From assembly GCA_049279335.1 (NCBI GenBank), contig JBAPNX010000007.1, forward strand, positions 7,013-71,012: DNA of 64,000 bases. Reading direction: 5' to 3'. The notes under the pieces were generated by a model that did no database searches, was not told where the DNA came from, and worked only from the letters and a program-made list of their open reading frames with translations. This stretch comes from Candidatus Dormiibacterota bacterium. GTDB taxonomy: Bacteria > Chloroflexota > Dormibacteria > Aeolococcales > Bog-877. The first letter of the stretch is position 1, and every line of letters begins with the position of its first letter. Positions 46,444 through 54,989 of this stretch are shown one piece after another. Position numbers and translations under genes: made by a program.

Positions 46444-47427
46444 GTGTCTGAAATGCACCCCGCGCCAGTGCGGCCGCGTTGGTACCGCATCCTATATGTT
46501 ATAAGCCTGTTCGCGACCTTTTCCGGACTGGCAATGGCCGCCGACGTCACCTGGGTGGCCGCTAAAACTCCCGCTTTTCCGTCCCCGACCCAGCAGCGTC
46601 AGCTGTTTCGACAATGGCGAGCGAATCAGGGCTCGAATCTTCTCAATGAGAACCCTGCGCTGGCTGAAGCACTGGGCTCGAGCCAGTACTCCACGGGCGC
46701 ACCAGCGCCCAAGGTCAGCTACGGACGCACCGCTTATTACAAAGTGAGGGTTAAGTCGGCGCCAGACTCTTTGCTGGCGGTGTCCGACGTGACTACGACC
46801 ATCGAAAGCAAAACCACGCGTTCCAGTGTGTTGGTGATCTTCGTACCCTCGTCCAGCGAGCATCGCTGGCTGGACCAGTCGACAGTGGCCATGCCTGCCA
46901 GTCTCGATCTGGGCAAACCCGGCTCCACCCTCAGCGCACCGACGTCATCTGAGGTGAAGAAGCTGTTGACAACACCGACTGCGGCGGTCCAAACGGTGCT
47001 GACAGCGTCCAATGCCGACCTCCAGCAAGGCACGGCGTCGGCCCTTCTCCCCGACCCCTCTTGGTACAGCGCCGAATCGGCCTGGCTTCAGGGCATCGCT
47101 TCCGAGAATGGTGACTACACCACTCAATCCAGTCTCAGTGGCTATCCGATCTATGCGTTCCGCGAACCCTCAGGCGCGGTCATGTCGGTATTCACGTTCA
47201 CCATCAGCAACAGCGAAGAGGAAGGGGAGGGATTCTGGCTAAACACCGCCTTCTTCCCGGGTCAGCCATTGCTCTCCCAAAATGACACCTGGCTCGGCAC
47301 AGTTGCGGTCACAGATCCCCTGCGGAGCAGCAAGAAGGCGCTGTCGATCGCCGGAGCTGACCTGGCCCCAATTGCGGCGACCGGAACCACCCTCTCGGAC
47401 CAAATCATCACCTTCGGCCCTTGGTAG
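46444..47427 (+). CDS. Secreted hypothetical protein (signal peptide)
   Basis: 327 aa; 'LYVISLFATFSGLAMAADV' signal peptide; Ser/Thr-rich. Confidence 0.5.
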   Translation: MSEMHPAPVRPRWYRILYVISLFATFSGLAMAADVTWVAAKTPAFPSPTQQRQLFRQWRANQGSNLLNENPALAEALGSSQYSTGAPAPKVSYGRTAYYKVRVKSAPDSLLAVSDVTTTIESKTTRSSVLVIFVPSSSEHRWLDQSTVAMPASLDLGKPGSTLSAPTSSEVKKLLTTPTAAVQTVLTASNADLQQGTASALLPDPSWYSAESAWLQGIASENGDYTTQSSLSGYPIYAFREPSGAVMSVFTFTISNSEEEGEGFWLNTAFFPGQPLLSQNDTWLGTVAVTDPLRSSKKALSIAGADLAPIAATGTTLSDQIITFGPW

Positions 47428-47518
47428 TCAGCCAGACTGCGAGCTGGGCGAGGGTGTGTAAAAACGCCCCCGAGCTGGTATGGCCGGGGTCCTGTCGACG
47501 TGCCGTCCGGTCCCTAGC

Positions 47519-48217
47519 TCAATCGCCGCCGGGAAGGTGTAGGTACATCGACTGGATCCCTACCCGGCCAGGGCCCCGAAAGCGATTGAAGACCAGTTCA
47601 CCCACACCGGCGAAGATGCCGGTGCGCAATCCGTAGACGGCGGGTCGCATCCGCACCTCCGGGTCCATGTACACCCATCCACCGGGCTCGACATCGATCT
47701 CCTCTCCGGACTCGAGGTGCTTCTCGAAGACATTGCCGAAGCCGTGGAGCCAAACCACGCCGTCGCTGTCCCGAGCCTCGAACCGGTCCACCCAAAAGCC
47801 GTTGTTGCCGAAGAGGTTGTTGCTGAGACCGCGCAGGTGGCTGGCGCTGTAACGCAGCGACGCGGTCGCCGCCAGGAACTGGTGCTCGCGGGCCAGGATG
47901 GCCGCGCCCCGAGGTAGCTCAAGCGGAAACACCTGTCCGGGGGCGTCCCTGGAGAAGGCGATGTCGCCCCGGCCTTTGGCCTCGGTCAGGAAGAGCTGCC
48001 TGCCGGCAACCACCCGCCGCACCGCACCACGGACGGCCTTGAGCTTGATGCTGATCTCTGGTTCCTTCCACAGCACCACGTGGTGTTCGAAGTAGATGGC
48101 CATCGACCCGTCCAGGCTGCAGTGCAGCATCGGCACCAGTTCGCCCTCGATCAGGTAGGTGATCCCGGGGGCAAGACCCTCGCGGACCCGGGTGGGGAGG
48201 ATCTCTGGAGGGTTCAA
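47519..48217 (-). CDS. AIM24/DUF124 (TIGR00266) family protein
   Basis: 232 aa; architecture and 'GE.V.M......G' repeats typical of the AIM24 family. Confidence 0.7.
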   Translation of the reverse strand: MNPPEILPTRVREGLAPGITYLIEGELVPMLHCSLDGSMAIYFEHHVVLWKEPEISIKLKAVRGAVRRVVAGRQLFLTEAKGRGDIAFSRDAPGQVFPLELPRGAAILAREHQFLAATASLRYSASHLRGLSNNLFGNNGFWVDRFEARDSDGVVWLHGFGNVFEKHLESGEEIDVEPGGWVYMDPEVRMRPAVYGLRTGIFAGVGELVFNRFRGPGRVGIQSMYLHLPGGD

Positions 48218-48287
48218 GGTGCAGCTCTCCTGGGCTAGCGCGGGGCTGTGCCAGTATGGTCCGCTACCACGCCGTCCGCTGGCGCGT

Positions 48288-49256
48288 TCAGCGGCCGGGG
48301 ATCAGGACCAGCTTGACGTGAGGCGAGCCTGCCTGCCGGGCCCAGGCCGAGCCGACCGCAGAGAGCGCCATCTCCTCGGTATCGATCCTGATCCGACCTG
48401 CGGCGGCGTGCTCTGCCAGCGCCCGAAAGGCCGCTGTCCGCTTCTCCAGCGGGGTGGCGGGGCTGGCGTGTCCGATGATGGTCAGCTGCCGTCCTCTGAC
48501 CACGGCCGAGGTCAGGGTGGCCTCGGGTCCGGCGCTCTGACCGAGGTGGACGATCCGAGCTGATGGGCCGCACGCGACTGTCGCCGCCATCAGGGGCGGG
48601 CCCCAAAGCGGGTCGAAGACCACATCCAGCGGTCCAAGGGCCGCCGCCTCAAACTCGGCCGCGAGCTCCTCCATGCTCTGTCCAGCGATGGCGACGAGGG
48701 CATCGGCGCCCAGCTCAAGAGTTCGCGCCAACGCCGCGGGGTCGCGGCCCGCCGCCACCACTCTGCCGGCGCCCAGCAGCCGGGCAATCTGGACTGCTAT
48801 CTGCCCCACCGCCCCCGTTGCCCCCAAGATCAGCACCCGCTCGCCGCGGCGGAGACGGACTTTGTCGACGAGCGAGATCCAGGCCGCGATCCCGGCGACG
48901 CCCAATCCCGCCGCCGTCGCCCACGGCAGGTCGTCCGGGATAGGAGTGCAGGCGGCGTCGTTGATGGCCGTCCACTCAGCCAGCCCTCCGCTCTCATCCC
49001 GTAAGACCTCGAATCTGACCCGTCTCCCTTTAGGAGACCGACCATCCTCGACCACCGTACCGGCGCCCTCGCCTCCGGGAACGTAGGGAAGCTTGGGGGC
49101 ACCTCCATAAAAGGTGCCCGACGCAATCCGGAGATCGACCGGGTTGAGTGCCGCGGCCTCGACCCGGATCAGAAGCTGCCCAGGACGCGGAACCGGCCGG
49201 GCGAATTCCCCGTACTTGGGACTGGCCCCATAGCGGTCGATGACCGCCGCCCGCAT
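48288..49256 (-). CDS. NADPH:quinone oxidoreductase (MDR superfamily)
   Basis: From 'MRAAVIDRYGASPKY'; 'ILGATGAVGQIAVQIA' Rossmann; the long N-terminal ORF extension is spurious. Confidence 0.75.
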   Translation of the reverse strand: MRAAVIDRYGASPKYGEFARPVPRPGQLLIRVEAAALNPVDLRIASGTFYGGAPKLPYVPGGEGAGTVVEDGRSPKGRRVRFEVLRDESGGLAEWTAINDAACTPIPDDLPWATAAGLGVAGIAAWISLVDKVRLRRGERVLILGATGAVGQIAVQIARLLGAGRVVAAGRDPAALARTLELGADALVAIAGQSMEELAAEFEAAALGPLDVVFDPLWGPPLMAATVACGPSARIVHLGQSAGPEATLTSAVVRGRQLTIIGHASPATPLEKRTAAFRALAEHAAAGRIRIDTEEMALSAVGSAWARQAGSPHVKLVLIPGR

Positions 49257-49287
49257 GGTGGTACTGGCCGCCGGGGATCGACGCTGG

Positions 49288-50199
49288 TTAGAGCTTGACG
49301 TTGGGAAGCCCACCTGACGCCACGACAAAGGAATCCCACATCCCAAGTCCCTCATGCCCGGGAAGCAGGCAGGCGATCCGGTAGCTTCCCACCTGGCCGG
49401 CGATGAAGGTGAACGAGGCTGCTTGGCCAGGAACCGTCCCCACCATGGGGTCAGGAGTCGAGGCGCCGGCGAATACCGGAGTCGTACCGCTGGCGGTGAC
49501 AACTGCGGCGGAGTGGTTGATGCTGCCCTGGTTGCTGAAGTTGACCGTCACTGTCCAGCCGAGTGGGACGGTGACCACCATCTGCCCTTTGTACTCGCCG
49601 TCGAAGTTGAGGCCACGGTTTAGGTCCTGATATCCAGCCTCCAGGTTCAGGGTGAAGGTCTTGGTGGCGGAGTTGTACGACGCCCATTGGTCGAGCGTAA
49701 CCGTGGAGCTGGCGGCCGAAGGGCTGGGGGTGGGCGACTGCTTGGGCGTGGGGGTGGCGACCGGGGCCACGGTCGGCACTTTGAACCTGGTGCGAATCGA
49801 CAAAGGGCCATTGACCCTGAGGGCGACCTCGGAGCTGGAGCTGCTGCCACTGGGCAGGGCCCAGGAGGTGAAAGGATGCGCCAAGGGATTGGTGGCGGTC
49901 ACCGCCAGGGTGGCGGTGTCTCCACAGGCGACCGCCAGGGTGTTGACAGTGCGGTCGAAGTTGTGGACCGCGCCTCCGGCCTCCGCCTTGACGGCTCCCA
50001 GCAGGTGGTTGGAATAGCTGGGAATCAAGACCGTCACCGAGCAGCCGACACTGCCGTCGGGGGTGGAGATCGAACCACTGGCGCAGCCGGCCACGGCCGC
50101 CGCCAAACCCAGGCCAATACCCAGTCCCAGCACTCGAGGGAGAGCCCGGCCGAGGCGAGGCGTGCTGCGTTCAGCCAGAGCTGGCTGGGCACCGTGCAT
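49288..50199 (-). CDS. Lipoprotein with C-terminal type-1 copper (cupredoxin / sulfocyanin-like) domain
   Basis: Lipobox 'AAAVAGCASG'; Cu ligands 'INHSAAV' ... 'YRIACLLPGHEGLGM' (H..C..H....M). Confidence 0.7.
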   Translation of the reverse strand: MHGAQPALAERSTPRLGRALPRVLGLGIGLGLAAAVAGCASGSISTPDGSVGCSVTVLIPSYSNHLLGAVKAEAGGAVHNFDRTVNTLAVACGDTATLAVTATNPLAHPFTSWALPSGSSSSSEVALRVNGPLSIRTRFKVPTVAPVATPTPKQSPTPSPSAASSTVTLDQWASYNSATKTFTLNLEAGYQDLNRGLNFDGEYKGQMVVTVPLGWTVTVNFSNQGSINHSAAVVTASGTTPVFAGASTPDPMVGTVPGQAASFTFIAGQVGSYRIACLLPGHEGLGMWDSFVVASGGLPNVKL

Positions 50200-50290
50200 C
50201 CACCTCAGGTTAGCTGATGCCGCAGCTTCGACGGCTGGCGCCGAGTGCGGGGGATGCCAACCGCGGTGCAGCGCGCTACCGTAGTGCCCG

Positions 50291-50587
50291 GTGAGTGCGA
50301 CCAACGAGCTCGCGGTCAAGGAGACCGGGACCGGTAAGAAGGACCACGTTCGTCGTGACCGGCCTTGGCAGGTGGTGGTCTGGAACGACCCGGTCACGCT
50401 CATGAGCTACGTCGTGTTCGTCTTTCGCAGGCTCTTCGGCTACGACCTGGAGACCGCCACCAAGCTGATGCTGCAGGTGCACAACGAGGGCAAGGCGGTG
50501 GTGGCGACCGAACCCCGCGAGCGGGCCGAGGTGGCGGTGGCCCAGCTCCACGCTCACGGACTGCAAGCGACCCTGGCTCGCGACTGA
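50291..50587 (+). CDS. clpS: ATP-dependent Clp protease adaptor ClpS
   Basis: 98 aa; '[26 protein letters not shown]...[16 protein letters not shown]' ClpS signature. Confidence 0.9.
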   Translation: MSATNELAVKETGTGKKDHVRRDRPWQVVVWNDPVTLMSYVVFVFRRLFGYDLETATKLMLQVHNEGKAVVATEPRERAEVAVAQLHAHGLQATLARD

Positions 50588-50589
50588 GC

Positions 50590-51036
50590 TTGGCGCACAT
50601 CACCCGCCAGGCGGAGCTGGTTCACCTGAGGGTGAGTAGGGGCGAGCGGCGTGCGCTCCTCCAGATCGTCGAACGCCTGGAGCCACTGGTGGATGACTCG
50701 CACTGGGCCCGACCTCGCGCCTACCAGAGCCAGGAGGATGAGAAGGAGTTCCAGCGCCTGGTCGGCACCGACCTGGCCGACTCCCGGGCCGCCGACCTGG
50801 CTCAGGTGAGAGAGACCCTGGAGTCAGATCAGCGGATCTTGCTCACGGCCGAGAATGCGATGGCCTGGCTTCGGGCGCTCAACCTGCTCCGACTGGCGCT
50901 GGCGGAGCGCCTGGGGATCATCGCTGACGGCTGGGAGGACGGGTTCAGTCTCCAGGAGCATCGTCGGCCACCGTTGGCTACGCTGCACCTGCTGAGCTGG
51001 GTCCAAGAGGGCCTGATCGAGGCTCTGGACGACTGA
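50590..51036 (+). CDS. DUF2017 protein (conserved ClpS neighbour in Actinobacteria)
   Basis: TTG start overlapping the clpS stop; conserved clpS-DUF2017 gene order. Confidence 0.65.
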   Translation: MAHITRQAELVHLRVSRGERRALLQIVERLEPLVDDSHWARPRAYQSQEDEKEFQRLVGTDLADSRAADLAQVRETLESDQRILLTAENAMAWLRALNLLRLALAERLGIIADGWEDGFSLQEHRRPPLATLHLLSWVQEGLIEALDD

Positions 51037-51055
51037 CCCTGGCCACCCGCCGGAG

Positions 51056-52519
51056 TCAGCTCTTTTGGCCGGACCAGATCCCCGCCATCCATCGCTCCAG
51101 ATCATCGGGCGCCGCAGGCAGCCCCACGCTGAGCAGGCGGTAGCCGTCCTCCGTCACCAGGACGTCGTCCTCGATTCTGACTCCGATACCTCGAAGGTCC
51201 TGTGGCACGGTCAGGTCGTGGGGCTGGAAGTAGAGCCCGGGCTCCACCGTGAGCACCATCCCTGGCTGCAGGATCCCCTGCCGGTAGGTCTCCTCCCGGG
51301 CCCGGGCGCAATCATGGACGTCCAGCCCCAGCATGTGGCTCACCGAGTGCAGGGTGTAGCGCTGATGGAGCTGCCTATCCTGCTCCAGCGACTCCTCGGC
51401 GCTCACCGGCAGCAGGCCCATCGCCTCCAGTCCCTGGGCCAGCACCCGCATGGCTGCTCGATTGGGCGCCAGGAACTCGTTGCCGGGCTTGACGGCCGCG
51501 AATGCAGCCTGCTGCGCGTCGTACACGAGCTGGTAGACCCGCCGCTGCACATCGGTGAAGCGGCCGCTGATGGGCATGGTTCGGGTGACATCGGCGGTGT
51601 AGTAGCGGTTGGTCTCCACTCCGGCGTCCAGCAGGAGCAGCTCACCTGGGCGTACCTCGCCGTCGTTGTGGGACCAGTGCAGGATGGTGGCGTGGCTGCC
51701 CGCGGCGGCGATGGTCGAGTAGCCAGTGTCGTTGCCGGCGGCCCGCGCTTTGGCGAAGAACGCCACCTCAACGTCGCGCTCGGTGCGAGCATGGGGCAGG
51801 GCCCGCACCACGTCCTCGAACCCTTGCCGGGTCAGATCGCAGGCCTCCTCCAGTAGCTCCACTTCCAGCTGGTCCTTGATCAGGCGCATCTCGGACAGCT
51901 GGCTGGCTAGCTCCTGGTCCGGGCCGGCCAGGTCCGCGGCCAGCCGGTCGACCTTGGGGTCTAGCCCGCGCAGGGCCACCCCCCGGTCAAATCCTGAGAC
52001 CGCTTGGGGAAGCTCGGCCAGGCCGGCGGCGTCGACGCCCAGACGTTGCTGGGTGACCTCGAGCCCGCGCCCCGGCCCGACCCATAAGACCCCTTTGACC
52101 CGATCGGTGAAGAAGTCGCTCTTGCTGAAGTCGGCCTCCGGCTCGGTGAAGATCTGGGCCTGGTGCCCGCCGCCCTCGAGCGGCTTCATCACCAGCACCT
52201 CGTCGGGCTCCCCTTCGCCGACCAGATAGAGGTAGTCGGTCCCGGGCCGGAATAGATAGGTGGTGTCGTTGGCCCTCACCTTCTCCACCCCGGCCGGCAC
52301 AACCATCAGCATCCCGGGAAAGCGGCGTGACAACTCCTGGCGGCGCTTCTCATATTGGTCCACGCCGGTTATCGGGGCCTTCGCGGCCGGCCTCGATGTG
52401 TCCCAGCCCTTGGTCATGAATTCCAGCAATGCCGCTGGAGGCGGCTGGTCATGGGCGGCTCGCTTTCGGCTCTCAGCGTCGGAGCCGTCTGCCGCCGGAG
52501 TCCCTTCCTCTTCCTTCAC
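51056..52519 (-). CDS. pepP: Xaa-Pro aminopeptidase (M24B, PepP)
   Basis: 'HSVSHMLGLDVHDC', 'GMVLTVEPGLY', 'GIRIEDDVLVT' M24 metal-ligand motifs. Confidence 0.85.
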   Translation of the reverse strand: MKEEEGTPAADGSDAESRKRAAHDQPPPAALLEFMTKGWDTSRPAAKAPITGVDQYEKRRQELSRRFPGMLMVVPAGVEKVRANDTTYLFRPGTDYLYLVGEGEPDEVLVMKPLEGGGHQAQIFTEPEADFSKSDFFTDRVKGVLWVGPGRGLEVTQQRLGVDAAGLAELPQAVSGFDRGVALRGLDPKVDRLAADLAGPDQELASQLSEMRLIKDQLEVELLEEACDLTRQGFEDVVRALPHARTERDVEVAFFAKARAAGNDTGYSTIAAAGSHATILHWSHNDGEVRPGELLLLDAGVETNRYYTADVTRTMPISGRFTDVQRRVYQLVYDAQQAAFAAVKPGNEFLAPNRAAMRVLAQGLEAMGLLPVSAEESLEQDRQLHQRYTLHSVSHMLGLDVHDCARAREETYRQGILQPGMVLTVEPGLYFQPHDLTVPQDLRGIGVRIEDDVLVTEDGYRLLSVGLPAAPDDLERWMAGIWSGQKS

Positions 52520-52621
52520 GGGCCGATCTTAGCCGACCTATCTGGGCAGGCCGTGTGGGGTGGGGCACTCCACCTGGCTCGACCCGAGGCAGCGGTGGCG
52601 GATTGCCGTTACCTTGTCTCT

Positions 52622-54943
52622 GTGCGACCCGTCGAGCGGTTCAGCGTGGAGCAGGCCGTCGCCCCGGCCGTCCCCCTGGCCCCGGGGTCGATGCCGCGGG
52701 TGGCGTACTTCTCGCCCGAGTTCGGGGTTAGCGAGACGATCCCGCAGTACTCAGGCGGCCTCGGGGTGCTGGCAGGCGACTACCTGCGGGTCTGCGCTGA
52801 CGAGGGCTGGCCCCTGGTCGGGGTCGGCCTCTTCTACCGCCAGGGTTACTTTCACCAGCGTCTGGACCGGAGCGGCTGGCAACAGGAGAGCTACCGCGAG
52901 CTCGAGCCCGAGGACTTCGGCCTGGTCCAGGTTTCCGACCAGCTGGTCGAGTTGGAGCTGGGTGACCAGGTGCTGAGGGCCCGGGTCTGGCGGCAGCAGG
53001 TGGGAGAAGTCCCGCTTTACCTGCTGGACACGGCCGGGGTCGGGAACCCCGCAGACCTTGCCCAGATCACGGATCGGCTCTACGGCGGCGATACCGAGCA
53101 CCGGCTTCGTCAGGAGATCCTGCTGGGGATGGGCGGGGTGCGCGCCTTGGAACTGGCCCGGGACCGGCCACTGCTGTTCCACAGCAATGAGGGCCATGCC
53201 GGATTTTTGGTCCTGGAGCGGATTCGGGCGCTGGTTGAGACCGAAGGTCTGGACTTCACTGAGGCCGTGCAGGCCGCGCGCGCCGCGACCATCTTCACCA
53301 CCCACACGCCGGTTCCTGCCGGGATCGACCACTTCCCAAGGGAGCTGATGGCCCGGTACTTCCAGAACTGGTGTGACGCCGTTGACGTGCACCTGGACAC
53401 CCTTATGGCGCTGGGCCACTTTCCCGGGCAGTCTCCCCAGGATCCGTTCAACATGGCGGTGATGGGCCTGCGCCTCTCGGGCCAGGCCAACGCCGTCTCA
53501 AAGCTCCACCGTCGCGTGAGTCAGCGCATGTTCGCCGCCCTCTGGCCAGACCTGCTCTCAGAGGAGGTCCCGATTCGGGCCGTGACCAACGGGGTCCATG
53601 CCAAGCATTGGGTCTCAAAGGAGATGCGCCTGCTCCTAGAGCGGTACCTCGGCCCCCGTTGGGACGTCCACGGTGGGGCGGACTGGGGCCTGCTCAAGGC
53701 GGCCTCCGACAACGAGCTTTGGGAGGCGCGCCAGGCCGGCCGCCTTCGCCTAATCGAGGGCGTCAGGTCGCGCCTGGAGCGTGCTGAGAGCGAGCGCGGG
53801 GTCGAGGGAGCGGACCTGGAGTGGACCAGGCACGCGCTGGATCCTGGCTCCCTGACCATCGGCTTCGCCAGGCGGGTGGCCGAGTACAAGCGGGCGCTCC
53901 TGCTCTTCTCCCAGCCGGATCGGCTCGCCCGTCTGCTGTTCGATCCGGCCCGCCCGGTCCAGTTGGTTATCGCCGGCAAGGCCCATCCAGCAGACCAGCC
54001 GGGCAAGGAGATCATCCAGGCCCTGTCCCGTGCGACCCACACGCCGGAGCTGCGCTCCTCGATCGTGTTCCTGGAGGACTACGACATCGAGGTGGCGCGG
54101 ATGCTGTACCAGGGGTCCGACCTCTGGCTCAACACCCCCCGGCGCCCGATGGAGGCCTGCGGCACCAGCGGCCAGAAGGCGGTTCTCAGCGGCGCCCTCA
54201 ACTGCTCGATCCTTGACGGCTGGTGGGACGAAGCCTGGGATGGCGAGGTGGGGTTCGCCATACCGTCCTTCGAGGAGGTTGAGGACCATGTCGAGCGTGA
54301 CCGACTGGAGGCCGACGCGCTATTCGCAATCCTCGAGAACGAAGTCGTTCCTGCTTTCTACGGGCGGGAGGCAGGGTCCCCACCCCACCGCTGGCTGGCG
54401 AAGGTACGGCACGCCCTGGAAACGCTGGGGCCGTTCGTACTGGGGTCTCGGATGGTGGCCGATTACGTGCGGAGCATGTATCAGCCGGCGGTGGACGCTG
54501 CCGTCTTCACCCCCGAGGACCGACACGCCGTGGCCCGGGAGCGAGCTTCTTGGTGGGAACGGGTCCGGCGCGACTTCCGGCAAGCCTCGGTATCGGCAAG
54601 GCTGATCTCTCGAGATGTCCCGGAGGAGGTTCGGGCGGAGGGGGAGGAGAAGGTGGTCGAGGCCCTGGTGGACCTGGGGCCGCTACCTCCCGAGGATGTC
54701 CAGGTGGACCTGCTCCATGGCCCCATCGGAAGGGATGGACAACTGATGGCGCCTACGGTCGAGTCAATGGTGGAGGATGAGCCCCACACCAATGGCCACC
54801 ACCGGTATTTGGGCAGCCTGGTCCTGGCCACGCCAGGCGAGTACGGATTCACAGTGAGGGTGCTGCCTCGGCCCCCCAGCAGCGATCCCTTGCCCGTGGA
54901 AACGCCGGTGCGCTGGGCCGAGCCCGCCCGCCTGCCGCGGTGA
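52622..54943 (+). CDS. glgP: Alpha-glucan (glycogen/maltodextrin) phosphorylase, GlgP bacterial long-form family
   Basis: GTG start at 52622; 'EACGTSGQKAVLSGALN' PLP-Lys region; GT35 architecture. Confidence 0.85.
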   Translation: MRPVERFSVEQAVAPAVPLAPGSMPRVAYFSPEFGVSETIPQYSGGLGVLAGDYLRVCADEGWPLVGVGLFYRQGYFHQRLDRSGWQQESYRELEPEDFGLVQVSDQLVELELGDQVLRARVWRQQVGEVPLYLLDTAGVGNPADLAQITDRLYGGDTEHRLRQEILLGMGGVRALELARDRPLLFHSNEGHAGFLVLERIRALVETEGLDFTEAVQAARAATIFTTHTPVPAGIDHFPRELMARYFQNWCDAVDVHLDTLMALGHFPGQSPQDPFNMAVMGLRLSGQANAVSKLHRRVSQRMFAALWPDLLSEEVPIRAVTNGVHAKHWVSKEMRLLLERYLGPRWDVHGGADWGLLKAASDNELWEARQAGRLRLIEGVRSRLERAESERGVEGADLEWTRHALDPGSLTIGFARRVAEYKRALLLFSQPDRLARLLFDPARPVQLVIAGKAHPADQPGKEIIQALSRATHTPELRSSIVFLEDYDIEVARMLYQGSDLWLNTPRRPMEACGTSGQKAVLSGALNCSILDGWWDEAWDGEVGFAIPSFEEVEDHVERDRLEADALFAILENEVVPAFYGREAGSPPHRWLAKVRHALETLGPFVLGSRMVADYVRSMYQPAVDAAVFTPEDRHAVARERASWWERVRRDFRQASVSARLISRDVPEEVRAEGEEKVVEALVDLGPLPPEDVQVDLLHGPIGRDGQLMAPTVESMVEDEPHTNGHHRYLGSLVLATPGEYGFTVRVLPRPPSSDPLPVETPVRWAEPARLPR

Positions 54944-54989
54944 GTCGCCGGCTCCCGGGCTCCGATCGCCGCCAGGGAGCCGGGCCTGC

